NCBI GenBank assembly: GCA_963678785.1 | Contig: OY787449.1 | Span: forward strand, 2,783,835-2,847,834 | Length of the DNA stretch: 64,000 bases | Source of the DNA: Bacteroidales bacterium | GTDB taxonomy: Bacteria; Bacteroidota; Bacteroidia; Bacteroidales; GCA-2711565 | Reading direction: 5' to 3' | Part shown: piece after piece, positions 1 through 10,043 of the stretch | How the letters are laid out: each line of letters begins with the position of its first letter | How positions within the stretch are numbered: the stretch's first letter is position 1 | Translations under genes and position numbers: made by a program | Notes under the pieces: model-generated | Database searches by the model: none | What the model saw: the letters and a program-made list of their open reading frames with translations, nothing else | Told to the model about the DNA's origin: nothing

Positions 1-828
1 TTCGTTTAAGTACTTTATGGCAATGTCTGCAAAAGAAATTAAATGGAGTTTTTCACTTAATTTGGGAAAGAAAATGTCCAGATTTTCACCAAAAATACAC
101 GACATCAAGCAAAGTTCTCCCGATTCCTTTGGGATAACAAAATATCTTTTGATATCATTGGGTGCTACAATTGGTTGTTTTTTCTGAATCCTTTGATTAA
201 ATCCATGAAGCAGGGATCCATCAGAAAATGCAACATTAGCAAACCTTGCTGTTGAAATGGTTATTTTTTCACTCCATTTCATCAAATACATTTCCATGAT
301 TTTTTTAGAAGCCCCCATCATATTTGCAGGGTTAGCTGCTTTGTCGGTAGATACGCAAAAATATTTTTTTACGTTTTTTTCAATTGATTGCTTTATGGTT
401 TTTTCAGTGTTAAAGATATTTACATTAATCATTCTCATTAATGTATATGGATCCTTTTCACTTCTAACATGTTTTAATGCTGAAAGATTTAGTACATAAT
501 CATATTTACCGTCTTCTTCAATAAATACATCATATTCAGCTGATCCTATGTCCAAGGCAAAAGTTTGAAAATCACCATTAATGTATCCATAAGAACTACG
601 AATATCTCTAACCAATTCGACTAAATTGTTTTCACTTATATCTACCACATGAAGTTTTAATGGACTTCTTTTGAAAATCTCTTTAGTAACTGCCTGTCCG
701 ATAGATCCTGCACCTCCAATTACTAAAAACCGAGATTGATTAACAATTCTGTTGAGTTCTTCTTCATATTTGTTCAGATCATCGACAAAAAGTTCTTTTT
801 CTCGTCCTATTAATTTCAGTATATCCAT
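1..828 (-). CDS. CapD/PseB-like NAD-dependent nucleotide-sugar dehydratase/epimerase (polysaccharide biosynthesis protein); C-terminus cut by window edge
   Basis: Not in the ORF track because it runs off the window. I translated the minus strand by hand from the ATG at 828..826: MDILKLIGREKELFVDDLNKYEEELNRIVNQSRFLVIGGAGSIGQAV...FCVSTDKAANPANMMGASKKIMEMYL...LISFADIAIKYLNE. The frame is open to position 1. It has the Rossmann GGAGSIG and the STDKAxNPxNxMGASK motif of the CapD/WbpM family. The start lies 2 nt after the cysN stop. Confidence 0.8.
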   Translation of the reverse strand, partial: MDILKLIGREKELFVDDLNKYEEELNRIVNQSRFLVIGGAGSIGQAVTKEIFKRSPLKLHVVDISENNLVELVRDIRSSYGYINGDFQTFALDIGSAEYDVFIEEDGKYDYVLNLSALKHVRSEKDPYTLMRMINVNIFNTEKTIKQSIEKNVKKYFCVSTDKAANPANMMGASKKIMEMYLMKWSEKITISTARFANVAFSDGSLLHGFNQRIQKKQPIVAPNDIKRYFVIPKESGELCLMSCIFGENLDIFFPKLSEKLHLISFADIAIKYLNE

Positions 829-830
829 AC

Positions 831-2702
831 TTACATCATACTGTCCATTATTAACTCTACTTTTGTATTTAAATCAACCACTAATGCATCAGTTGGTTTG
901 TCATAATCCTCATCCACACCCGCTAGATAACTTAGCTTATTTTCATCAGCCAGTTTATACAAGCCATATAGATCATTTTTTCTGCAATATTCAATATCAG
1001 CATCCATATAAACAAGTTTAAATCTTTCTTTCCCAATGATTTCCTTAACCTGTTGCCGGATATTTTCTTTAGGTGAAATAAATGAAGCAATGACTATGAT
1101 TCCTTGGTCATTAAGTAATTTGCACATATGTGCAACCCTTCTTAAATGTTCTGCTCTGTCGGCAGGAGAATAATCCAATTCACGACTTAATCCAGAACGA
1201 ACAGACTTCCCATCGAGCACAACCACTACTTTACCCATGTTGAAAAGTTCTTTCTCAAGAGAATAGGCAAGTTCATTTTTACCACTTCCATGGAGACCCG
1301 TAATCCATATGGTTTGTGCTTTTTGATCGTATTGTTTTTCTCTTTGTTCAGTTTTTAGTAAGCTTCCAGATTCAGCAATATGTACTCTTTCCTTATCCGT
1401 AATCCTGCTACTCAGATTCTTTACATTAAGTTTGTCGAGGATCATCCCAACTGCAACCGTATTATTGGTCATTGGATCAATCAGAATAAATGATCCGGTT
1501 TGACGATTGTTTTTATAAGGGTCAAATAATAAAGGTTTTGTAGTCGTAATGACAACTCTGCCAATTTCATTGAGTTCAAAGTGATCAACCTCACTTTTTT
1601 CGAGGGTATTTACATCAACTTTGTATTTAATCTCATCAATTTTTGCTTTTGCAGAATGAGAATTATGCTTGATATAAAATTGTGTATACTTGTCCATTGG
1701 CATTTCTTCCATCCATACCAGCATGGCTTCAAAATGTCTTTCGATATGTGGTCTGCTGTTGGGGTGTACAACCATCTCACCACGACTAATGTCTATTTCA
1801 TCAGCTAATGTAAAAGATGCAGATTGGGGTGGGAATGCATATTCCACCTCTCCTTCTGAGGTTATTATACTTGTTACTTTTGATGTTTTTTGTGACGGAA
1901 GAGCCATTACCTCATCGCCAATTTTAATGATCCCACTAGCTACTTTACCGGCAAATCCTCTGTAATCAAGTGTTGGACGAATTACATACTGAACAGGGAA
2001 TCTGAGGTCTTCAAAATTTCTGTCACTGCTAACGTGCACAGTTTCCAAAAATTCTAACATGCTTTTACCATGATACCATGTCATTCTATCAGATTTGTCA
2101 ACTACATTATCTCCCTTTAATGCAGAAACCGGGATAAAAGTAATATCCGGAATATCTAGTGTTGTTGTAAAGTTCTTATAGTCTTCACAAATTTGGTCAT
2201 AAACCTCTTGTTTGAAGTCTACCAAATCCATTTTATTAACAGCAAGAACAATGTGTTTGATTCCGAGTAATGAAACAAGAAAGGTGTGTCGTTTTGTTTG
2301 GGTTATAACTCCTTTTCTTGCATCGGCAAGAAGGATGGCAAGATTAGCGGTTGACCCACCTGTAATCATATTGCGGGTATACTGCTCATGGCCGGGTGTG
2401 TCAGCAATAATAAATTTGCGTTTGGATGTAGAAAAGTAACGGTAAGCCACATCTATCGTAATTCCCTGTTCTCTTTCTGCTTTAAGTCCATCCAGTAATA
2501 ACGCATAATCTATATCTTCGCCGGCATGGCCTTCACGTTTCGAATCACGAGTGAGGGCATCTAGCTGATCTTCATAAAGTTTCTTGCTGTCAAATAATAA
2601 TCTTCCAATAAGTGTTGATTTACCGTCATCAACACTACCCGCTGTTAGTAGTCGTAACAGGTCTTTCTTTTGATCCTGATCTAGAAATTCTTTTATGTCC
2701 AT
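831..2702 (-). CDS. cysN: sulfate adenylyltransferase subunit 1 (CysN GTPase) fused to a C-terminal APS-kinase-like domain
   Basis: 623 aa. The N-terminus carries GTPase motifs [23 protein letters not shown] and NKMD. The C-terminal ~170 aa resemble APS kinase ([25 protein letters not shown]) but with degenerate catalytic motifs. Confidence 0.9.
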   Translation of the reverse strand: MDIKEFLDQDQKKDLLRLLTAGSVDDGKSTLIGRLLFDSKKLYEDQLDALTRDSKREGHAGEDIDYALLLDGLKAEREQGITIDVAYRYFSTSKRKFIIADTPGHEQYTRNMITGGSTANLAILLADARKGVITQTKRHTFLVSLLGIKHIVLAVNKMDLVDFKQEVYDQICEDYKNFTTTLDIPDITFIPVSALKGDNVVDKSDRMTWYHGKSMLEFLETVHVSSDRNFEDLRFPVQYVIRPTLDYRGFAGKVASGIIKIGDEVMALPSQKTSKVTSIITSEGEVEYAFPPQSASFTLADEIDISRGEMVVHPNSRPHIERHFEAMLVWMEEMPMDKYTQFYIKHNSHSAKAKIDEIKYKVDVNTLEKSEVDHFELNEIGRVVITTTKPLLFDPYKNNRQTGSFILIDPMTNNTVAVGMILDKLNVKNLSSRITDKERVHIAESGSLLKTEQREKQYDQKAQTIWITGLHGSGKNELAYSLEKELFNMGKVVVVLDGKSVRSGLSRELDYSPADRAEHLRRVAHMCKLLNDQGIIVIASFISPKENIRQQVKEIIGKERFKLVYMDADIEYCRKNDLYGLYKLADENKLSYLAGVDEDYDKPTDALVVDLNTKVELIMDSMM

Positions 2703-2757
2703 GCTATAATGTTTAGAAGTTTAAAAGTTTAGAAATGTGCATTCAAACTTCAAACAA

Positions 2758-2961
2758 CTAGTTTTTAATATTTCGTTTATACCTAATAAAATTAGTAACT
2801 CCTGAAATTATGATTTCAACATTATTTATCTTTATTGATGCATCACAAATTCTTAAACATTCAGAGGGTCTTAATTGAGCCTTAAGTATAGTAGTTGGAT
2901 TCTGGTCAATTGCAATATTCATTAACAAATTCCAAACTTTAATAACCTTATCAGCTCCCAT
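2758..2961 (-). CDS. small hypothetical ORF (67 aa) in the cysD-cysN spacer; possibly a truncated four-helix-bundle (23S rRNA IVS protein family) remnant
   Basis: Same strand as the operon, with its ATG 20 nt after the cysD stop. KVIKVWNLL and ASIKINNVE loosely resemble the VWQ and SIxxNIAE(G) motifs of that family as I recall them. No SD-like sequence. Weak call. Confidence 0.25.
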   Translation of the reverse strand: MGADKVIKVWNLLMNIAIDQNPTTILKAQLRPSECLRICDASIKINNVEIIISGVTNFIRYKRNIKN

Positions 2962-2981
2962 TGTAATAATTTTATGTCTCT

Positions 2982-3893
2982 CTAAAAATATCCTTCTCTC
3001 TTTTTTTGTTCCATACTGGCCTCCTGATCAAAGTCAATGACTCTGGTAGTTCTTTCAGATAAAGTGGTTGTCATCATTTCTTCAACAATTTCTTCAATTG
3101 AATTGGCATTAGAATTGATGGCTCCTGTTAAGGGGTAACAACCCAAGGTTCTGAATCTTACCATTTCCATTTTTGCAGTATCTGAAAGTTCTTTTGGCAT
3201 TCTATCATCATCAACCAGAATTTTTGCGCCATTAAACTCAACGATAGGTCTTTCCTTAGCATAATATAGTGGTACAATGGGAATCTTCTCCAGTCTGATA
3301 TATTGCCATATATCGAGCTCGGTCCAGTTACTTATCGGAAAAACACGAATGCTTTCTCCCTTATGAATTTTGGCATTATAAATATCCCAAAGTTCAGGAC
3401 GTTGATTTTTTGGATCCCATTGATGGTATTTGTCCCTAAAAGAATAGATGCGTTCTTTAGCTCTGCTTTTTTCTTCGTCTCTACGGGCACCACCAAAAGC
3501 AGCATCGAAACCATACTTAGTGAGTCCTTCCAGTAAAGCCTGAGTTTTCATCACATCAGTATGTACCTTTGATCCATGTGAAAATGGACCAACGCCATCC
3601 TCAAATCCTTTTTTGTTATGGTGAACAATTAAATTCCATCCCTTCTCTTTTGCATATTTGTCGCGAAATTCAGTCATTTCTTTAAACTTCCATTTGCTAT
3701 CAATATGCATTAAAGGAAAGGGCACTTTTCCGGGGGCGAAAGCTTTTTCTGCTAAACGAACCATAACAGATGAGTCTTTACCAATACTGTATAACATTAC
3801 AGGATTTTCAAACTCAGCAGCTACTTCGCGTATGATGTGTATGGATTCGGCTTCTAACTCGCGGAGATTATTTAAGTTGTATGATGGATTCAT
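2982..3893 (-). CDS. cysD: sulfate adenylyltransferase subunit 2 (CysD)
   Basis: 303 aa. It has a PAPS-reductase-fold N-terminus ([10 protein letters not shown]) and the typical C-terminus EQKKREGYF. Confidence 0.95.
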   Translation of the reverse strand: MNPSYNLNNLRELEAESIHIIREVAAEFENPVMLYSIGKDSSVMVRLAEKAFAPGKVPFPLMHIDSKWKFKEMTEFRDKYAKEKGWNLIVHHNKKGFEDGVGPFSHGSKVHTDVMKTQALLEGLTKYGFDAAFGGARRDEEKSRAKERIYSFRDKYHQWDPKNQRPELWDIYNAKIHKGESIRVFPISNWTELDIWQYIRLEKIPIVPLYYAKERPIVEFNGAKILVDDDRMPKELSDTAKMEMVRFRTLGCYPLTGAINSNANSIEEIVEEMMTTTLSERTTRVIDFDQEASMEQKKREGYF

Positions 3894-4081
3894 GTTTTTT
3901 TTATGATTAAAAATTCAAATATTCAAAAGTTGAAAGCTTCAGAGATGCATATTTAAATTCATAAATACCAACTACTAAATCAACTAATAGCTTCTACATA
4001 TCAAGGCTTCAAGTGTTTTTGTGTTAAAAAACAATTAACTATACATTTTGAACTATTAACCTCTGAAATTCGGAATCAAAA

Positions 4082-4699
4082 TTAAATAACTTTTGTTGGA
4101 TCGAAACATATTTCAGGTAAAATTTTCTTTAGCATCAGTTTTATGGTTTCATCAATATTTGGATTTGTATTGTCAATTATCATAAATGGTGCTTTTGGTG
4201 CTTCAAATGGAGAAGAAATACCTGTAAAGTTTTTTATTTCACCAGCTCTTGCTTTTTTATATAGGCCTTTAGGATCACGTTTTTCACAAACATGAAGAGG
4301 CGTATCAATGAAAATTTCCAAAAAATCATCCTTGCCAACAATTTTCTTTGCCATACTTCTTATTTCATTTGTTGGTGAAATAAAAGCACAAATTAGAATT
4401 ATACCACAGTTCATAAATAGTTTGGAAACCTCAGCTATTCGCCTGATATTTTCATTTCTGTCCTCTTCGGTAAATCGTAGGTTTTTATTTATTCCCGATC
4501 GAACATTATCGCCATCAAGTATTTGGCAGAAATAGTGTAGCTCAAATAATTTCTTTTCAAGTAAACTTGCCAAAGTTGTTTTTCCCGAGCCTGAAAGTCC
4601 TGTAAACCAAATAACCTTTGCTTTTTGTTTAAGATAGATTTCTTTTTCACGACGGTCTTTAATTTTGTCAAATTGGGTAAAGATGTTGTTTTCGTTCAT
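4082..4699 (-). CDS. cysC: adenylylsulfate (APS) kinase
   Basis: 205 aa with all canonical motifs: GLSGSGKTTLA, LDGDNVR, FISP, DPKGLYKKAR and FTGISSPFE. Confidence 0.95.
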   Translation of the reverse strand: MNENNIFTQFDKIKDRREKEIYLKQKAKVIWFTGLSGSGKTTLASLLEKKLFELHYFCQILDGDNVRSGINKNLRFTEEDRNENIRRIAEVSKLFMNCGIILICAFISPTNEIRSMAKKIVGKDDFLEIFIDTPLHVCEKRDPKGLYKKARAGEIKNFTGISSPFEAPKAPFMIIDNTNPNIDETIKLMLKKILPEICFDPTKVI

Positions 4700-4802
4700 A
4701 ATTTACTATTCAGATGTTGGATGTTTAGAAACTCAGCAGTCTAATTGCTTGAAATTTAGAAGAACAAAATTAGTAAAACATAAATTTAAAGTTCAATAAA
4801 TT

Positions 4803-5597
4803 TTACCTTTTAACAATAAACCATGGGTTTAAGATGTTTTTCTTATTATAACTAATTTCTTTATTCGGATTATGGGCTTGCACAATTCTGCCGCCTGAAG
4901 CAAGAACAACAGCATGACCAGCAGCGGTATCCCATTCACTGGTTGGAGCAAAACGAGGGTAAATATCAGCAGTACCTTCTGCTACCATTGCAATTTTTAA
5001 GGAACTTCCCTTTGATATAATTTTTATATTATCCTGATTTTTTCTAATTTCATCGATATATGCTGTCGTTTCTGGCGACAAATGAGAACGGCTGGCTACT
5101 ATACCAAAATAAGATTTTGAATTATTAAGCGGAAGAGGTAATGCCAAGCCTAATATATTATCCATATCATTAATTTTTTCAGAAGCTTTTAATAGTTTGT
5201 AGGCTCCTTGGCCTTCAGTCCCCCAATAAAGTTCATCTAAAACAGGTGCATAAACAACACCAAGTACTGGTTTCCCTTTTTTTATTAACGCAATATTTAC
5301 AGTAAATTCATCATTCTTTTTAACGAATTCTTTGGTTCCATCCAGAGGATCAACAATCCAAAGTTCATCCCAATCTCTTCTTTCTTCATAGGTAATATTT
5401 CTTCCTTCTTCACTCAACACTGGGATTCTTGTGTCTTTTAAAAAAGACATAATAATACTATTGGCATTCTTATCTGCCAATGTTAATGGAGATTCGTCGC
5501 TTTTATATTCTACTTTAAAGTTGCTGTTATAGATTTTTAGGATTTCGGTACCAGCTTTAATTGAGGCGATTATGATGGTTTTTAGTAAGTCTCCCAA
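4803..5597 (-). CDS. cysQ: 3'(2'),5'-bisphosphate nucleotidase (CysQ, inositol monophosphatase family)
   Basis: 264 aa with WIVDPLDGTKEF and WDTAAGHAV motifs. The apparent start is TTG, and an in-frame TAA lies 5 codons upstream. Confidence 0.85.
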   Translation of the reverse strand: MGDLLKTIIIASIKAGTEILKIYNSNFKVEYKSDESPLTLADKNANSIIMSFLKDTRIPVLSEEGRNITYEERRDWDELWIVDPLDGTKEFVKKNDEFTVNIALIKKGKPVLGVVYAPVLDELYWGTEGQGAYKLLKASEKINDMDNILGLALPLPLNNSKSYFGIVASRSHLSPETTAYIDEIRKNQDNIKIISKGSSLKIAMVAEGTADIYPRFAPTSEWDTAAGHAVVLASGGRIVQAHNPNKEISYNKKNILNPWFIVKR

Positions 5598-5753
5598 AAT
5601 GTAATTCTTTTATGTAAATGTTGCTGTAATTATCTCTTTGTAAAATTAAGAGAAACTTAATAAAGTCAAAAATAATTCTGAGGAGCTTATAATGTGTCTG
5701 ATTAAAATCTGTCCAAGAGTTGAATGGTGCAAAAAGAAAAACACAATTCAAGA

Positions 5754-7211
5754 CTACTTAGATGGTCTTATTAGTGATATCCCGAACTTTAGAATTTCGT
5801 CAAACATTGTACGGTTAAATAAATAGTTTAACAAAACATAAATTCCTGTCCCTGTAATGATTTGAAGAATGAGAATAATCAAATTTATCCCTAATAAGAT
5901 TTGTAATAAGTAGACTGCCAATCCCATAATAATTGAAAAAATACTTGCAGGAAAAATATCAATAAATACTTCTCTGAATTTATAACCTATTAGGGGCCTG
6001 GAATAATAGAAATAGACTATAAAAACGATAAACTCATGAACAACTGTTGAGGCAACTAATATTTTAAGACTAAGGTTAAAAACGATTGCTGCTCCCAAAA
6101 AAGCCAAAAAAACAAAATTTGAGAAGATGGTCATTCTGACCATGAAATTTATTTTTCCGATAGGGAAAACATAACTTGATGTTGCTGTTCTGAGTACCAA
6201 AAGTACGGCAGCCAACGAAATCATTTGTAAGTAAAACAGACTCGGCATCCATTTATCTGTCAAAAATATCTTAATAAAAGGCTCCCCGATAACCATAAAC
6301 CCAATTATAGCCGGAAACGAAAATAAGGCGGTTATTTTCACATTTGTTCGAACTGCATTCTTTAATCGCTTAAAATCATCCTTAATAATAGATTGAACGG
6401 AAAGTGTTACCCCTTGAATTGGAGTAGAAATGAATTCTGTGATTTTCCCTTGAAATCTCTGTGCTTGTGTGAAAAACCCAACATCTGCTGTTGTGAAAAG
6501 TTTACCGATTACCATCGGAATAAAATTCTGATTTACCAAAGTTAAAATTCCCACAAAAAGTAACTTTGATCCTACAGAATATAGTTCTTTAAATGACTGG
6601 ATGCTAAAGCTTAAATTCGGTCTCCATTTATTAATGATCCATAATAAAATGGTTTTAACTAAATTTTCGGAGAGGGGTAAAGAAACCAAAGCCCAAACTC
6701 CATAACCATTTTCTGCCATTCCAATGCCGATAATAATTGAGATTAAAATGGAAATAAAATTGATTTTGGTAATTGTTTTGAAATTGATTCGTTTTTCAAA
6801 AATGACCAGATGGATCATTCCTAAAGCCGAAAGTATAAGGTTTAAACCCAGGGTGCGGGCAATTTCTATTAATCGGGGTTCATTATAAAATTTCGCAATA
6901 TATGGAGCACTCCAAAAGATCAAGAAGTAAAATAAAATACTGACACCAATGTTAAAATAGAAAACAGTATTATAATCATTCTGAGTTACCTTTGTACCCT
7001 TCTGAATAAGTGCTGCTCTAAACCCACTGTCAATAAATGCCATGGAAATGCCAATAAAGATGGTCATTAAACCAATAAGTCCGTAATCTTCAGGTAATAA
7101 AATCCGGGCAATATAGATCAACGAAATAAACTGTAAAAATTGTTTGCCTCCTTGATCCAGGAATTTCCAAATGATCCCGGTCGCAGCTTTTTGCTTAAGA
7201 TTATCAGACAT
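5754..7211 (-). CDS. Wzx-type polysaccharide/O-antigen flippase (MOP superfamily polysaccharide biosynthesis protein)
   Basis: 485 aa, multi-pass membrane protein. The N-terminus KAATGIIWKFLDQGGKQFLQFISLIYIARILLPEDYGLIG is typical of Polysacc_synt family flippases. Confidence 0.8.
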   Translation of the reverse strand: MSDNLKQKAATGIIWKFLDQGGKQFLQFISLIYIARILLPEDYGLIGLMTIFIGISMAFIDSGFRAALIQKGTKVTQNDYNTVFYFNIGVSILFYFLIFWSAPYIAKFYNEPRLIEIARTLGLNLILSALGMIHLVIFEKRINFKTITKINFISILISIIIGIGMAENGYGVWALVSLPLSENLVKTILLWIINKWRPNLSFSIQSFKELYSVGSKLLFVGILTLVNQNFIPMVIGKLFTTADVGFFTQAQRFQGKITEFISTPIQGVTLSVQSIIKDDFKRLKNAVRTNVKITALFSFPAIIGFMVIGEPFIKIFLTDKWMPSLFYLQMISLAAVLLVLRTATSSYVFPIGKINFMVRMTIFSNFVFLAFLGAAIVFNLSLKILVASTVVHEFIVFIVYFYYSRPLIGYKFREVFIDIFPASIFSIIMGLAVYLLQILLGINLIILILQIITGTGIYVLLNYLFNRTMFDEILKFGISLIRPSK

Positions 7212-7235
7212 TTATTTGTGTCTTAAAAAGTTATA

Positions 7236-8213
7236 TTATTTATTATTCAATATCGCATTTACAAAGGACGATACTTTCTGATCTTTATAAAATACCTTGT
7301 ATAATTCTGAGATGATATAGAAATCAGCCAATGAATGTTTTTTGGCAATTTCTTCACAAAATACATTTACTGCGATTCTTCCTTCAAGCAAAACCTGATC
7401 TGAAATATCCTTGGTTAAAAATCCTTTTCCGATGAGAAGACCCATGGTTCTGTTTCTGGATAAATCGTTTAAGGCTGTTAGACCAAAATCACCATATCCA
7501 CAATAATTAAATAAGGTCTCTTCTTTACCATTAAACTGTTTCAAAATATGACGCATCTCCTGGAAGGCATTGGTCAAAACCATAAACCTAAGGTTTGGCG
7601 AATTATAATGCGCATCAACAATTCCCATCACGATGGCATAAATATTTTTAAGAATACTGATGAGTTCCACTCCAAGTATATCTTGAGAATAATCGAGGTG
7701 AATATTGGTTTTTTTAAACAGCTCAGTAATATCGGTAGCTGTATCCTGGTTGTTAATTCCAAGAGTTAGGCCGGTATGAAAGTTATTGATGATGTCACGA
7801 GCAAAACTGGGTCCTTTAAGTGTTGCCAAAGGATTATTGCAGGTTTCTTCGAGGCATTGAATGATGGTTCGTTTATCGTCACCAAAACCCTTAGCCAGGT
7901 TAATTAAGGTCGCATCTTTATTGATAACAGCTTCATTGTTCTTTACATAATTAATGACTTCAGATGAAGGTAAAGCGAGAAAAATGATGTTACTGTCTTT
8001 GAGGATGTTTTTATCGGCCGTTGCGATGACATTTTTCTGCAGCTGTATAAATGGGAAATATTTTTGATTTTTGTGAGTGTTATTTATAGACTCAATAACA
8101 TCTTCTTCGATGGATAATAAGTAAACAGATTCAGATGTTTTTGAAGCTATTGAGTTCGCTAAAGCAGTTGCAATTGAACCGGAGCCTATAAATGTAATTT
8201 TTTTTGAATTCAT
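7236..8213 (-). CDS. gpsA: NAD(P)H-dependent glycerol-3-phosphate dehydrogenase family protein (divergent GpsA)
   Basis: 325 aa with Rossmann FIGSGSIATALA, NLAKGF, LKGPSFARDI and SRNRTMGLLIGKG motifs. The canonical GSWGTALA Trp is absent, so this may be a paralog. Confidence 0.7.
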   Translation of the reverse strand: MNSKKITFIGSGSIATALANSIASKTSESVYLLSIEEDVIESINNTHKNQKYFPFIQLQKNVIATADKNILKDSNIIFLALPSSEVINYVKNNEAVINKDATLINLAKGFGDDKRTIIQCLEETCNNPLATLKGPSFARDIINNFHTGLTLGINNQDTATDITELFKKTNIHLDYSQDILGVELISILKNIYAIVMGIVDAHYNSPNLRFMVLTNAFQEMRHILKQFNGKEETLFNYCGYGDFGLTALNDLSRNRTMGLLIGKGFLTKDISDQVLLEGRIAVNVFCEEIAKKHSLADFYIISELYKVFYKDQKVSSFVNAILNNK

Positions 8214-8304
8214 AAAAGTTAATTAGTGCCTGGTGCTCATTCAAAATCTTTGATTGTGATAACACCAAAATGTTTTTTTGTGCGAAAGTAAACAATTCAC
8301 AGTT

Positions 8305-9204
8305 TTAATTGATTCTTTTTAATTTTGAAATACTTGCATTTAAATCAAATCCAATTAGAATAACCATTGCAATAAAGTAAATCCAAAGCATTACTATAAT
8401 TAATGTTCCTATTGAACCATAGAGTGTATTATATCTCGAAAAATTTTCAATGTAATAATTAAAACCAATGGCCAATCCTATAATTAAAAGCGTTGAAAGT
8501 GTTGCTCCTGCTGATATAAAACGGAATTTTTGTTTTTTTGATGGACCTAAGTAGTATAAAAATGAAATGGCAAAAAAGAAAATAATGACAACAATTAACC
8601 ACTTTACCATTTTAAATGTTAACAGTTTAAAGCCGCTTTTTATCCAGTCAATTTCCACTAAATAATTAATCAAATAATCACCTCCGATTAACAAGGCTAT
8701 TCCAATAATGATCAGACTTGAAAGTATAAGTACCAAAAAAATGGATATCATTTGTTGCTTAAAGAAAGATCGTTGCTGAATCGAATGATAAGTTTGGTTA
8801 AATGCATCGATGAGACTGTTTATGCCAGTTGTCGAAAAGAAAAGGGCAAAGAAAAAACCAAACGAAAGTAAGCCTCCTCTGGGTCGTGTGATGATGTCGT
8901 TAGCTGTTCCAAGAACCAACTCATGAGTTGTAGTTGGCAGAAGATCTTCAAGTAATGCAAATAAAGTTTCGTCGAAATGTGCAATGGGCAGATATGGGAT
9001 GATGGTAAAAAAGAAGATTAATGACGGGAATAAAGCAATGAAAAAATTAAAAGCGACTGCTGATGCCCTCAAATTTATACTTCCTTTGAGTAAACCCTTA
9101 AAATAGAACCCTAAAACCTTACTAAAAGGAATACCATCAAAACCAGGAACTACAAAGTGAATTGCATACTGGTATATTTTGGTTAGTTGTTCTTTTAATT
9201 CCAT
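8305..9204 (-). CDS. YihY/BrkB family membrane protein
   Basis: 299 aa, about 6 TM segments. ASAVAFNFFIALFPSLIFF is typical of the YihY (formerly RNase BN) family. Confidence 0.8.
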   Translation of the reverse strand: MELKEQLTKIYQYAIHFVVPGFDGIPFSKVLGFYFKGLLKGSINLRASAVAFNFFIALFPSLIFFFTIIPYLPIAHFDETLFALLEDLLPTTTHELVLGTANDIITRPRGGLLSFGFFFALFFSTTGINSLIDAFNQTYHSIQQRSFFKQQMISIFLVLILSSLIIIGIALLIGGDYLINYLVEIDWIKSGFKLLTFKMVKWLIVVIIFFFAISFLYYLGPSKKQKFRFISAGATLSTLLIIGLAIGFNYYIENFSRYNTLYGSIGTLIIVMLWIYFIAMVILIGFDLNASISKLKRIN

Positions 9205-9208
9205 CTTT

Positions 9209-10042
9209 TTAAACTGCTTTCAGGCTTAGGTCTAGGCTTTTAATTTGATGTGTTAATGCACCCACCGAAATATAATCAACTCCGGTTTCGGCATAAGAAC
9301 GAATATTATCGATGGTAATTCCCCCTGATGCTTCGGTTTCGAATTTTTTGTCAATCTTTTCAAGGGCTTTTCTCATATCCTCAGGACTGAAATTGTCGAG
9401 CATAATTCGATCGATTTTGCCATAATCTAAAACTTTCTGTAGCTCTGTGAAATTTCTAACTTCAATCTCAATTTTTAAAGATTTGGATTTTGCTTTTAGA
9501 TATTGATGACAAGCCTCAATCGCTTTTACAATTCCTCCTGCGAAATCGATGTGATTGTCTTTAATCATGATCATGTCATAAAGTCCCATTCGATGGTTTT
9601 CTCCGCCTCCTAATCGAACTGCTTCTTTCTCCAGAATTCTTAAGTTGGGAGTGGTTTTTCGTGTATCTAAAATTCGGGTATTTGTTCCCTTAACCAGATT
9701 TACAATTTTTGAAGTTGCTGTTGCTATGCCACTCATTCGCTGCATAAAATTAAGAGCCAGTCTTTCTGCCGATAAGATTGAGATTGATTTTCCGCTCACC
9801 TCAAAAACTTTATCTCCCACGCTTATTTGGTCGCCATCATTCTTTAATGCCTTAAAGAGTATTTCTGAATCAACGCACAAAAATACTTTCTTAGCAACTT
9901 CAATCCCTGCTACTATCCCTGCTTCTTTTGCAATTAAAACTGCTTTTCCTGTTGCCTCCATTGGAATGGTTGCCAAAGAGGTGTGGTCACCATCTTTGAT
10001 GTCTTCCAATAATGCATTTTTGATGATCAGATCGATATTCAT
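9209..10042 (-). CDS. nadC: nicotinate-nucleotide diphosphorylase (quinolinate phosphoribosyltransferase)
   Basis: 277 aa with LDTRKTTPNLR, GGGENHRMGLYD and IMLDNF motifs. Confidence 0.95.
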   Translation of the reverse strand: MNIDLIIKNALLEDIKDGDHTSLATIPMEATGKAVLIAKEAGIVAGIEVAKKVFLCVDSEILFKALKNDGDQISVGDKVFEVSGKSISILSAERLALNFMQRMSGIATATSKIVNLVKGTNTRILDTRKTTPNLRILEKEAVRLGGGENHRMGLYDMIMIKDNHIDFAGGIVKAIEACHQYLKAKSKSLKIEIEVRNFTELQKVLDYGKIDRIMLDNFSPEDMRKALEKIDKKFETEASGGITIDNIRSYAETGVDYISVGALTHQIKSLDLSLKAV

Positions 10043-10043
10043 T

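Noticed and set aside
5557-5751. 64-aa ORF between the flippase and cysQ
   Set aside because: It overlaps the cysQ 5' end by 41 nt in another frame, has no recognisable motif, and sits in an AT-rich spacer. It is most likely spurious.
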